A DNA stretch of 64,000 nucleotides from the human T2T-CHM13v2.0 reference genome, Homo sapiens: NCBI RefSeq assembly GCF_009914755.1, contig NC_060938.1; one strand, given 5' to 3'. The notes beneath the pieces were generated by a model that made no database searches, was not told where the DNA came from, and worked only from the letters and a program-made list of their open reading frames with translations. The position numbers and the translations under genes are program-made. Position 1 is the stretch's first letter, and each line of letters starts with the position of its first letter. This document shows positions 34,377 to 47,405 of this stretch, piece after piece.

Positions 34377-34705
34377 AACTTATGTGCCACATATGACATT
34401 TTGATCAATGACAGATTGCATATACGATAGTCACATAAGATTATGATACTATATTTTTACAATACCTTTTTATGTTTAAATACGCAAATACTTACCATTG
34501 CGTGGCAGTTGCCTGTGTTATTCAGTACAGTAACGTGCTGTATAGCCTTGTAGCCTAGAAACAATAGTCTATACCATATATCCTAGGGGTGCAGTAGGTG
34601 TATACCATCTAGGGGTATACATTCTGTGATACTTGCACAACAACAACATTGCCTAAGGACTCATTTCTCAGAAGGTATCCTCATCATTTAAGGGATGCAT
34701 GACCA
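34377..34705 (+). mobile_element. Tigger3a (MER7A-like) DNA transposon
   Basis: cataagattatgatac...ttcagtacagtaacgtgctgtatagccttgtagcctag...catttctcagaaggtatcc...gcatgacc. Confidence 0.8.
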
Positions 34706-36971
34706 TACTAAAATAAAAAGTATGCTAAAAAGAGCAGATACATCAAAATACAACTTTCCTTAAAGAAAGATTCTTAGATCTGGGCTTCCAAGGAACACAC
34801 GGGAAAATGCTGACCTCCTCACACATTGATATGTATTGTTCAAGACATATATATTTTTATTGAAGTAAGATCAGATGAAATGATATTCTAGCAAAAACAT
34901 TAATGGATACTTTTTCAATTAATGTCCAAATTTATCATTATTTATACATTAAAGATGATGCAGCACTGAATGATAAATTATGAAGGAAACATTTAATGCA
35001 CATTTGAAAAGTAAAGAAATTAGATGCATCTTAATTATATAAGTACTAAAGATCAAACAGATTTTTTTTTTAGTTTTGAGCAACAAAAATAGAAACTTTC
35101 AGTAACCTTATAAGAAATGTATAAGTAGCATCTTCAGCAAACAGCAATGTTGTGGATTTACTCATGGTAATTAAATCATTTTTTATATTTCAGGTTTCCA
35201 TTTATCATTGAAATGTAAGAGTTAATTTGCACAGATACAAATTTATAAAATATAATCCCCTTTCCCAGTTCTCTGATATGTGTTTTACCGTGTCAGAGAC
35301 ATTTTTGATGACAGTGTATGCCTGGATCTTGGTGTAGATACTTTTCTCTTACACTAATTAAATAATTAAATCACTTGTTCCAGAAAGTTAAAATGCCAAA
35401 TGTCTAGGTTCTCTGCTTCCACAGACTTCTGACTCTGACAGCCAACAATTACTCTAAGTGTTTGACATTCAGAAATTGGAGAGAATAGGTCAGGACTGTG
35501 GTAAGTGGGTTTGCATTTTAAATAGCCGTGATTGAAAAGAGAGGAAAGAGATGTGTCCAGTGGCAATTTCTGTTAGTAATTTTTTGTGGTTCTCTTAAGA
35601 CTTTGTTTTTTCAAGAGAAGATGAAAACTAGACTGGTTGTTCTTACCCCAACTTTATTTTTTAATAGTAATCTCTCTGGAAAATTATAGGAATCTGAAAG
35701 TATAACAATTCCAAAGTTAGATATCATATTTATAATATAGTCAAATGAGATCATTGTAGTTATTACCATGATGCACACTTTCAAGGGAGTTAGAATCATT
35801 GAATATAGCACTACATTTTTTTGGTGACAACAGCTTTTGAATGTCCCTGCTTAAATTACTTTTTATATAGCAAACTTATACTTCGAAGATTCTTTTCAAT
35901 AAAAATGTAATATTTTTATTAATCCTTTTCACTTGGGTTTACACAGGAAGGGTTGCTTAGAAAATTTAAATTATTAATTCAATCACAATTAGCCAATGCT
36001 CTTAATTTTTTCCTTCAGTAGAAATGTTTGCCTTATATTTTGAAGAATGTATTTGCTTGCGTTTCATTACTTTTATTTTCTCTTCCATACCTGCTGTGGA
36101 AAATGCAAATAATGCCAATAAAATTAGCAAAGAGGAGAGAAGAAAGGAGGAGTAGCAGCAGTGACAGCAGCAAGAGATTAGGTGTAATTAGCAAATTTAA
36201 TAATTCGTATCTAAATAACCAAGTCACAGGTCAAATCTCATACCAGCTCCTCCATGGGAAATTACATTTTTGTTGTTGTACTGAAATTTTATGGTAATAA
36301 ATATTATAAAAGATAGGGGAGTGTCAATCCTTTGTCATTGACTTCCTGAGCCAGCAGCAGGTAACTGATGGAGTCTGAGCCTGTGTGTTGACAACCTCAT
36401 GGAGCCCACATGAAAATGGTTGTGTAGTGATTAACAAGTAAAATCCATGATTTTATGCCATTAGGGGATGCGTAATAGTTGCTACCATTATGGGGTATTA
36501 CGACAACGTGCAGTGGAGTAGAGGTTCTAGGGCCTGTAGGATGAATACCATTTGGGTCTCACCAAGAATCTGGTGGAGATTCTTACTGATTTCTTAGTGC
36601 ATTTGAAACTTGGTATCCGAACTCTAGTGTCATTTATGTTTACATATGTGTTTGTAACTCAGTTAAAATCATTGTTATATGAATTAAGAATGTATAACTC
36701 TTTTAAAGAGTATGTTCAGTTGTTTGCAAGCAAGCATGTTTGTCATTTTCATAAAGTCCCTTGGTAAAGAAACCCCATAAACATTGTTATTTATTTATGA
36801 ATAACTTATGTCGACCCTATTGCAATATTACAATCAAAATTCTGGTGTGAGGAGTGGGAAAAATCAGTGAAGTAAATTTCCTTTAAAACTCTCTTTCTGA
36901 GATTTCCCTTCTATCTGAATGGTTTGTTGCATCACTTTAGTTTATTTAGTAATCTCAAAGACACTTACAGT

Positions 36972-37233
<262 letters not shown>

Positions 37234-37515
37234 TCAAGATTCTGAATCTGTATAAACAACCTTTAGGATAAATCCTTTGTGATTAATTCTTTAAAGCTGT
37301 ATTATAAGTTTTTACATGTTAAACTTTTTTCTTAGTCATTTGATTTACATTATATGTTGACAATCTGTCAGGCTAATATATAGCATTAACTGACTCATTA
37401 TTTCATTGATAGAAATGTGTTAATAGGATGTTACAGTCACACTTATCTACATTGGAATTAGCCTTTCAATATGTTTTTGCAGAAATTGTTGCAATGTGTT
37501 TAAAAATGAGATAGA

Positions 37516-37864
<349 letters not shown>

Positions 37865-38739
37865 TTATTTGTTGTTAAATCACCTGTAGTTAATTACAAT
37901 ATGTTGATGTGTACCTGATCTAAAAGGAAGATTATTTTGGGTTGTCAGGTTAAACACAGACATTGTCGAGCAAAGATAAGACAGTCAAATTACCTTTTAT
38001 TCCTCAGAAGTGTCATTGAATTCAGTTAACACCTTATCAAGTGCTAATAAGACCTTTCTTTGAAGATGTGAATGATTAAGCCCTAATCCTTGTTCAGTGA
38101 TTTTTGAATCTTAGAAGTTCCGAATCAAGTTAATTTCTAAATTATACAATTTGAATATACTAACATTTTAATTTAACATTTTGTATGTTATTTAATTTGT
38201 GCTCTTAAATTTAGTTTGAATCCAACTTCCCCTTTTTTCTTTACTCAGAAAAATAATTTTGTCTTTGATTTATGCAATAATAATGAATGGATTCAGCTTA
38301 CTCATTTCAAATTATTTCTGCAGAATATTGAAAGTTAGGGAAATGCCTCCCCCCACTCTTTTAAGTAGCTTTAGAAATTGCAGTTCTGTTCGACACTAAA
38401 TACAGTGAATAGTTTGTGTTCCACAGCTTCAGGATAGAGAACACAGATTTCCCAAACATTCAGCAAATTACGAAACAATTGAGAAGTGGGGAAATCCAGG
38501 GTTACAGCAGATAGTCTTTCAAATGGGAGATGTTGGAGTGTTGATTTCTGTTCTGATGGGCTGTGAGTAGTGGTAGTGGTGGCAGTGGCAACAGTGACTG
38601 TTCTACATCTAACGGGAGGGAAGGTGGTACTTCACCACTGATGTGCCACAGAAGCTTACTCATTTTCCTCTTTTGTGGGCATGCTCTTGGTTCCACATCA
38701 TACACTGGGGATACATCAGCAAAATGTGGTTAATTGCAG

Positions 38740-39217
38740 TGTAGCAGGACGAGCCGTAGACAAAACCCCTCAGACACCGAGATAGTGAAGGGAGTGGCTT
38801 TAATGAGCTGGAAGCATCGGCAGACTAGCGTCTTAAAATCCAAGCTTGTCAGGTGCACAGTTTCTGTCCCTTTTAAGGGCTCACAACGCTAAGGGTTTCA
38901 CGTGAAAGGGTCGTGATTGATTGAGCAAGCCAGGGGGTACGTGACAGGGGCTGCATGCACCGGTGGTCAGAGTGAAACAGAACAGACCAGGAAGTTTCAC
39001 AATGTCTTTCCATACAATGTCTGGAATCTATAGATAACATCGGTTGCTAGGTCAGGGGTCGAATTTTAACCACCAGGCTTAGGTCAGGCAGGCCCAGGCC
39101 TGGTTTCAGGTCTGGTTCCTAGGCGCCGGGCTACCTGCCTTTAGTTTCACTTCTCTTTCCTTTTCTGGGTATAAAACAATATAAAGCAATATGAGAGGGT
39201 CTGTCTCTCTTCTCTCA
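38740..39217 (-). mobile_element. ERV1 solo LTR (LTR15-like)
   Basis: Minus strand reads TGAGAGAAGAGAGACAGACCCTCTCATATTG...GGGGTTTTGTCTACGGCTCGTCCTGCTACA, with intact TG/CA ends and a 4-bp TSD gcag. Confidence 0.85.
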
Positions 39218-39919
39218 GCAGCAGATAAAGGACAACTGTGAAGATTGGGAACCTGAAATTAGACCTTCCCACAATGTTTGAAAATGTTCCTGGGAAACAG
39301 ACCTTTGAGTCTTGGAAGGAAGGATCTATACACTCTGCGGTGATAGACAGGTGGTACATGGATAGCAGTGGGCAAACCCTGAGCAGATGACACTCAGAAA
39401 TTTAGGTAGATCATGTGGTTTTTATCATCTATGTATAGGTAGTCAGAGCTCTATACTGGTGTCCAGACCCTGGCTAAGAATCTAGCAAAGGCAAAGCAAG
39501 GTTCCAGGCTCATGTGGGTGCCAGGATAGCCTCTTAGGGAGTAGAGCACAGGGATTAGTAAGAATATCCAGTTACATACCTGGGGTCAAGAAGAGCCCAG
39601 AGAATTTGGAAATTTGGCATGGTTAATAAAACTAAGGAGAAGAATCAGAGAAGGAGTAAGTGTGATGGTTGAAACTAGAGAACTAGGTATTAATATGGAG
39701 TGTAATTCGTGTGTTAGAACAAGCTTGCCATGACTGGGGAGAGCTGATAACATTTTAAAGACATTTGTGAGCTCATTGATGGAGAACTTGAAATTGATCA
39801 TGGTGGGATTATTTACACCATGGGATCACAAATGTCACATATCAGGCCTTCCCCTTCTCTCTCACCTCCAGAACTGGCTGTTAAACATTTATCAGCACCC
39901 CACAGGTGTAGCGTAGAGA

Positions 39920-40100
39920 ACATAGCTTTGAGGTTGGCTAGAACTAGGATAGAATTCTGCTTCTCGGAGTTGTGACAACTTATAAAACCTCCTTAAATTT
40001 TCTAGTTTCTTATGTAAAAAATTTGGAGTATAATGAAAATTAAATTACCTATAATGATATACAATGCACCCAGCCCATTACAAGTTCTTATAGTATTTTT
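39920..40100 (+). mobile_element. MIR fragment
   Basis: catagctttgag...ttgtgacaact...gtttcttatgtaaaaatttggagtataat. Confidence 0.5.
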
Positions 40101-41498
40101 GAATCCTTCTTTTTCCACTCTCCTTATACAACTGGTCCTAGAGTCTGAGGGAGAAGGAGTTGTAATGGAGGTGAAGATTCTACAAGAGAAGAGCCAGAAT
40201 TCAGGCACCAGGAAGGAATTTTTGTTTTAGGGAAGGTACATCCCAAATAGTTACACCAAAGTTCTTTCTGGGGGAAATTAAGAAAAAAATGTTGAGAGTG
40301 GAAGCCCCTATATGGCATCACAGTACCTCTGAAGGGGCAAGAATTGCCCTTCAGAGGGGCAATTTTAGACAGCTGTGCTGAGTAGGGATAACAAGCCCAA
40401 GCCTGGGGAGTGAGCAACCCATGGGTACTAGATATCAGGGCGATCAAGAGCCTGGAGTCTCCTAGCCAGAAGTGCACTTGGTCTTGGTCAAGACAACCCC
40501 TCTACTAGTCCCATGATCTTAGGCAGTATAAAAGTGGTTAGAGCTTATAAGACCCACTGTCCCAGATTTGGTAGAAGGGAAATCAGAACAATTCTCACAC
40601 ACATAATGTCAGGGCAAACACATGGTCTGGATAGAGCGTCTCACATTAGGCAAAATCAAAATATAACTGTAGGAAACAACTGAAACCAAACACACAAAAA
40701 CCTATGCACACATACCAAGGGGAAAAGAGGGAAGAAGCCCGATATACAAAGTGAGAGTGAACCCAGTATAAAAGAAAACATTATCCAGAAAGCATATATT
40801 TTTAAAATTTACTCTGTAGAGAAACTTACTGAAAACATAAATTTGTTAAAACAAGACTCAAAGATGAGATGATTTAAGAGAAGAGTGGGATAAAAATGGG
40901 GATGACTGGAATAAGAAAACAAATTGAGAACCAAAACAACACCCTTACTATCTAATAAACAGCTTAGAAGCTGCAAGGAATGAGAAAAAACTTAAAATTG
41001 AACTTAAGAGGTAGAGTAAAGGTTTGAAATAATCGCAGTGAGTGCAGAAGATGACTAAAGGAAAAAAGGAGTTACAAACATTTCTCAAAAATGAGTTCCT
41101 ATATTTGATTTCATGTTTGTCCTTTCAAAGAGGAGGCCAATTCTACAGTCACAAAATTATTTCTGTTGGCTTTCACAGCCTTGAATAAAATGGAAAAGAT
41201 TAAAGTGTGGCTCTTAACAGAAGCGACTCCTAACTGCCAATGGCTTCTAGAAATGTCTTTTTCAACGCACTGATGAAATTGTTTTATAAATCTCTCTGGC
41301 CTTATAAAGGAAAGTAGTAATTGTGGGATAAGTACAGCCTGAAAAATTTATTATACTCCTCAAATTTTGGTTAACAGTGGGTAACAGGATGGGGAATGAG
41401 ACTTCTCCTGTTTTGGAATTTTTGCTAAAACTTCAAAACAAAACTAATGAATGCTTTCATATTCTGCAGAGAGCCATCACTGAGCTGTGGGATCCCTC

Positions 41499-41820
41499 TG
41501 ATATGGTTTGGCTATGCCTTCACCCAAATCTCATCTTGAATTGTAGTACTTATAATCCCCATGTGTCATGGGAGGGATCTGGTGGGAGGTAATTGAACCA
41601 TGGGGGCAGGTTTTTCCTGTGCTGTTCTCATGATAGTACATAAGTCTCATGAGACCTGATGGTTTTATAAGGGCAGTTCCCCTGCACATGGTCTCTTGCC
41701 TGCTGCCATGTAAGACGTGCCCCAGCCATGTGGAACTGTGAGTACATTAAATCTCCTTTTCTTTATAAATTACCCAGTCTTGGGTATTTATTCATTGTAG
41801 TATGAAAATGGACGAATACA
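41499..41820 (+). mobile_element. THE1 solo LTR with a small internal deletion
   Basis: tgatatggtttggctatgcc...gacgaataca; junction gtaagacgtgcc|ccagccatgtgg; TSD ccctc/ccttc. Confidence 0.9.
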
Positions 41821-43699
41821 CCTTCCCTTTGTATTCTATCTGTATGATAGCATAAACAAAAATCAATTTTAAAGGTATAAAAAATTAAAAACAAAACAAA
41901 TTAAATGAAAAGAGATAGTCAAATTAAACCTGCTAGTCTGATCGTTACTCCCAGTGGGTATAAGAAAAAGTTAAGGAATTCGAGGATGTTCACTGTGGCT
42001 TTGAGTTATGGTTTTACCCCCTCATAGTCCTCCCCTCATAAAGCAAGGAAATGGGGTCTAAGAGAATCCCTCATAGGAACTGGCATGCTTGGAAGAGGAT
42101 GATATTGGTATCTCAAGCCTGTATTAGATGTCTGTTCCCATAGCAGCCTTGCCAACCTGCTCCACAATGATGTAAGCAAACTTTGTGGGGCAAACTGAGA
42201 GTAACCACAAGGCAGAGAGACGAGAAGTGAGGAGCTTGTGCATCATCCATTGTTTAGGGAACAGGGAGGTGGAATTTTACACTGGGCTACCGGTGCAAGG
42301 GAGCCAGGTGTGCTTGATCATTGGTGATAGCATTTGAAGCAGGGACTGAAGTCCTGAGCCAGAGCAGGTGTACCACATCAGAAGGTACACCTGTAGCACG
42401 GAGAGGCTGCCTCAAGGGGGCATCCAATGGACCTCACCTGTGGTGTCTTAAAAAAAAACACACACACAACACGAGCCTTTCTACGCACACCATACAGAGA
42501 TTGTCTTTGGCTAAGGGAAGACTGTAACTGCACAAGGAAGGTAAACGATGTTTTTGGCACTTTTCTCTAAGCTCTACTTTCTGCTTCAACAAAGGAAAAG
42601 CTAGAACAAGAAAAGGGAAGTGGGAAGGAGAAGCACAGGGAGCCTAAGTTAGGTTAGAGGAGTGTTTCTTGGGTATGAAATTGAAGTTTTAAGTTTGGGC
42701 AAGATTGGGAACTTCAGTAGCTCGAAATATCCAGAAAGCATCTTAGATTCTGGCTCAGATTTTTTTAAGAGATGGAAATGGAGATTCAAAGGTTTTGTTA
42801 TTGAAGACAATAAAGCCATTCCATGTTTGGACTCCACTAAATTCAGATTGTTCGATTAATCTGTCAACACTTGTATGCCAAAAAATGATACTATAGGCAT
42901 TGTATGAACTGCTAACTTTATTTATCCTTTGGTATGACTGATACCTTTATAATTAGAAACCATATGAAATGTTTAATAGTCTAAATTGAGTTAAACCTCA
43001 GGACACAGATGATTGACTATATAATTTTTATGACAAGGAAGCATTTAACAACTTCTTTAGTATTGATGATTATCTTTGAAATGAGGTCTATAAAGTTTAC
43101 TCATAATTCATTAAGAATTATCACAGCATTCAAGGTTTCTAAATCAAATTAATTCAGAAGTTAAATTCCCACTTTTGAAGGATATAAGAAAGTAAATATC
43201 AATTATATTTTGGGACTTCTGTCCACATATCCAGAATTTCCAAAAATCGAATACAGTGCAGAACATCTGAGAGGAATCTCTAAGCTTGGTTCATACTGGT
43301 TGCCTTTGATATATTAAGGTCTGAGGGAGGCTTCATGTCCTTCAAAGAGGGACAATTTTCATGCTTCCGTATGGAACTTAAGGGATATATGCAAAGTCGG
43401 AATGTCCTAGATTCTGCTATAAAATAATTTCAATATAATTGAAAAACACAAACGTTCAGGAAAAGAGATGTGAAATACGCATTTCTTCAAGAATGCTGTA
43501 TATCTTTTAAGTAGTGTAGTATAAGGTGAAGATTTCAAAAAAGTTTTAAAAGATTTATTTTTTATACTTTTATGCTACAATCACTGTTTATGCAGCTCCT
43601 GATATGCATAGAAAGGTAAGAATTCTTAAAGTACAAATAAATTTGCTTATATATGTATATACACACACACACTATTGTTAAAGACATCTCTTACCTTCT

Positions 43700-45370
43700 A
43701 GTTGTTTCAAGAGTCTTTGAAACATTGTTAGACAATAAGTCACAAATCAATGGCCAGCATGAAATTATATTAAAATTATATCAGTGTAACTAAATAATTT
43801 AGAAGTAACTCTACTAAGCTTTCTTAAAGATGCATTGAATCTAAAACTGTACTATGATATAAGGCTCCGTTTGTTGAAAACGTTTAAAAGATGCAGTGAT
43901 TCTGAACGTTTTCCTGAATTTTAAATACCATGTGAACGTTTTGCTTGGTGAGCTGACGCTGACACCAGGAACACTGTGCTACTCTTCTGTCTTTAGCAGA
44001 GGGAGCCAGAGCCACGCAGGGGATTTTGGGGCCCAGAGTGTGTGATTTTGCCTGTTTGAAGCAGGGGGACACTGCTAATAAAATACTTAGACCATATTTA
44101 TTTTGATATGCAGCAGGCTGGGGCTCTTTATGGATCAGTGACCTGGAAATTCTTCCTGGTTTCCCCCAGTCCGGTCGGCACTGCTGGTAGAAGTGGAGAG
44201 CAGGTCCCACCCATGCACCCAGTTTCTTCTTCTGCCCCTCTGAGTGTCTTTTTCCATATCCTCCCTTTTTGGAAGGGTTTCACAGGCCCTCTTTTAGACC
44301 ATCATTTTTTCCCTATTATAGTGAAGGAGATGTTGACACTGTTAGTTTTTTCCTCTTACAGAAGTCGATGCCTCCGGAATCCTTGACAGATATAGAGAAT
44401 GGGTAAGAGGGAGAAGAAAACAAAGTGGAGGGAAAAGAATGGCAATGAAAGTATGATAAGGAAAAAAAAAAGGTTAAAAAAAAACAGAAAATAAGGGTGA
44501 TAGAGTGACATCAGAAGTTGCTTTGAATTTCTCTTAGAGGAACTGGCATTTCTGGGTCACCCTGCTCTGTGGTTTTCTGGTTTTCATAATTGCATAGATG
44601 TATGAATGACATTACTTATGATCATATAAGAGAGCCTTAGCAGTTCATTGTTGTGTGAAAGTGAATGAGCTTCATGGTTTACTCAACCGTGAGCCTGCTT
44701 TGGCAGCTGGTACTATGTTAAATGATTGGAGAATTAATTAACTGAAGAACTTGTTAAACTGTTGAAATGTGTTTCCACTGAGCAGTAATAATGGCAATTC
44801 ACTGTTAGTCAATGAGTGCCCACCATTCACGAATAGGAAATTTCTAGTATTATGTGTATCGTTTTTGGAGCACATCTGTATTAGACCGCATGCTAGAGAA
44901 TTTTTATCTGAAGAGGTGCCAAATTTTTCTCTCTCCGTTGAAGGACTATATTGTCCTGAAAGGGTTAAGATCTCCCCATTTCAAACTTGCCTCTTTTCCC
45001 CTGAGTACTCCCACATTGTCTTATTTCCCCCCAGAAAGTTGTCTACCAATTCAGTTAGTGCTGAGTTGAATCTACCAATTCATTGAGGTTAAGTTTCTTC
45101 ATGTATGTAGAACAATTCATTATAAAAATTCAGAAATGAATTTTTATTGATAAGAAAGCATTATCTTGTCGCTTTCCAAAAGACTTGGAAACGTTGTGAG
45201 ATAATGACATAAGTCAGAAATCGATGACTAGCATGAAATTATAATAAAAATTATTTTGGTGCAACTAAATAATTTAGTAGTCACCTTACTAAGTTTTTCT
45301 TAAAGATCCATTGAATTCAGAACTGTACTATGATATAAGGCTCAATTCGTCAAAATGTTTTAAAAAAAGA
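43700..45370. repeat. Pair of diverged ~190-bp direct repeats (~43700-43890 and ~45167-45370)
   Basis: Both contain agcatgaaattata...aactaaataatttag...tactaag..ttcttaaagat.cattgaat...aactgtactatgatataaggctc. Confidence 0.88.
44362..44402 (+). other. Candidate 41-nt internal exon of an unidentified transcript
   Basis: Acceptor ttttttcctcttacag| and donor TGG|gtaaga; retained CpGs; non-repeat context. Confidence 0.4.
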
Positions 45371-45576
45371 GTAGGTATTCCTATTAATTGCTATTCCATC
45401 AAGTGTCTTTTAAACATTTGCATAACTCACTTCTATTTCAGAATATCTGAAATTTATAATAGGAAAAATTTATAACTTTCTCTCTTTTACATACTTCTTA
45501 ATAAGGGAATTTGTGACAAGTGGAATTCTTAAACAGTGGCCCTGTGACCTGACTTTGGGTGGTTTGGACAGTGAGC

Positions 45577-45762
45577 CAGTATAGTAACATACTGTACAGG
45601 TTTATAGTCTAGGAGCAATAGGCTATACCTTACAGCCTAGGTGTGTAGTAGGTTATACTGTCTAGGCTTGTGTGAATACACTCTGATGTTTGCACAACAA
45701 TGAAATCACCTAATGACACATTCCTCAGGAGGTATACCTGTTGTTAATCAATGACATGACTG
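45577..45762 (+). mobile_element. Tigger3 3'-terminal piece
   Basis: cagtatagtaacatactgtacaggtttatagtctaggagcaataggc...catgactg followed by ta (TIR plus TA). Confidence 0.85.
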
Positions 45763-46499
45763 TATCTATTTTTAATATCAAGTTACCTTAATTAGAATTC
45801 ACTCTATCTTTCAGGGAACTATAAAGATTGTTCTACCTGAACCCCATGGCCAACAAAACAACTTAGCAATTAAACCATTAATAGTGTTATAGAATTTTGA
45901 CTTAGACTTTGAAATGAAATGCTAGAATTTGCATGCTTGATTACTTCTTAAAATATACTGTATCTCCATAGAGATTTCTAAAGCCGTTTAAGCACTCCAC
46001 AACAGCCAGAATAGAGTTTAGCTAATGGACCATGAAATACCTATGACTATGTACTTCACAGATAATATTCTTCCATCTCTAGCTAGATACCATTGACACA
46101 GTGAGGATGGCACTGAGGAAAGCATTTGGGTTACAAAATATCTGTTAGCTTGTTTATTGAGCTTGGAAGGAAAGTATCTTCAGTGGGATGATTTCAAAAT
46201 TTACCAGATCCAAATGCTCAATTTTAAACATTTGCCATTTTAAACATCTCTCTTCCCCTACAGCACCACCCTTGGTGGTGCTTTCCATCAGTGGAAAGAG
46301 TATCTGTGCAATAGAGCATCTCTAGATGCAATGTTTAATCTTGAAGTAGCTCTCTGCTGTATTTATCAGTGACAAGGATGACATTTTGGACTTGAGCTTG
46401 CCTCATACACTTTTCTTATTTTTTAATTGCTTCAGAACTCATCAGAAAGAGATGGCACTGATTGGGGATCCTTGGATCCCAACATCTCCTACATCTTCT

Positions 46500-47405
46500 G
46501 CAGTTGTAACAAAAATGGTTATTTGTGTAGCTAAACATAGAAAAGGTACAGTAAAAATACAATATAAGAGATAAAAATGGCACACCTGTATAGAGTGCTT
46601 ACCATGAATGGAGCTTGCAGGACTGGGAATTGCTCTAGGTATGTCAGTGAGTGAGTGGGGAGTTGATGTGAAGGCCTAGGGCATAACTACTTGACTGTAC
46701 ACTTTATAAACACTGTACAATTAGGCTACACTAAATTTATTAAAAGTATTTTTCTTTGGTAAAAAAATTAACCTTAGCTTACTGTAACTTTTTTTAAATT
46801 TTTTGACTCTTTTGTCATAATAAGCTTAAAACACACACATTGTACAGCTGTACAAAAATATTTTCTTTATATTTTATAACCTTTTCTCTATTTTTAAATT
46901 TTTTACTTTTTAAACTTTTTTGTTGAAAACTAAGATACAAAGATACACATTAGCTGGAGCTTACATAGGGGTTAGGATCATCAATATTACTGTTTTCTGC
47001 CTCCATCTCTTGTTCCCCTGGAAGCTCGTCAGGGATAATAACATGCATGGAGCTGTCATCTCCTATGATAACAATGCCTTCTTCTGGAATACTTCCTAAG
47101 GAACTTGCCTGAGGCTGTTTTTTGATTAACTTTTTTTTATAGGTAGAAGGAATACACTCTAAAATAATGATAAAAGTATAGTAAATATATAAATAAGATA
47201 GATTTTTATTATTATCAAGTAGTTTGTACCGTACCTAATTGTATGTGCTATATTTGTAGTGACTGGCAGTGCAGTCTACTTGTTTACACTAGCATCACCA
47301 CAAAGGTAAATAATGTGTTACATCTATGACATTACAATGGCTACAGTGTCACTAAGTGATAGGGATTTTTCAGCTCTGCAATAATCTTATGGGACCACTG
47401 TCCCA
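46500..47405 (-). mobile_element. Tigger3b-like DNA transposon body lacking its 3' end
   Basis: aaacatagaaaaggtacagtaaaaatac, ttaccatgaatggagcttgcaggactgg, catgcatggagctgtcatctcctatgataac and taatcttatgggaccac. Confidence 0.85.

Noticed and set aside
41985-42620. GC-richer stretch that might be an ancient LTR or a regulatory element
   Set aside because: I could not assign a family, termini or TSD from the sequence alone.
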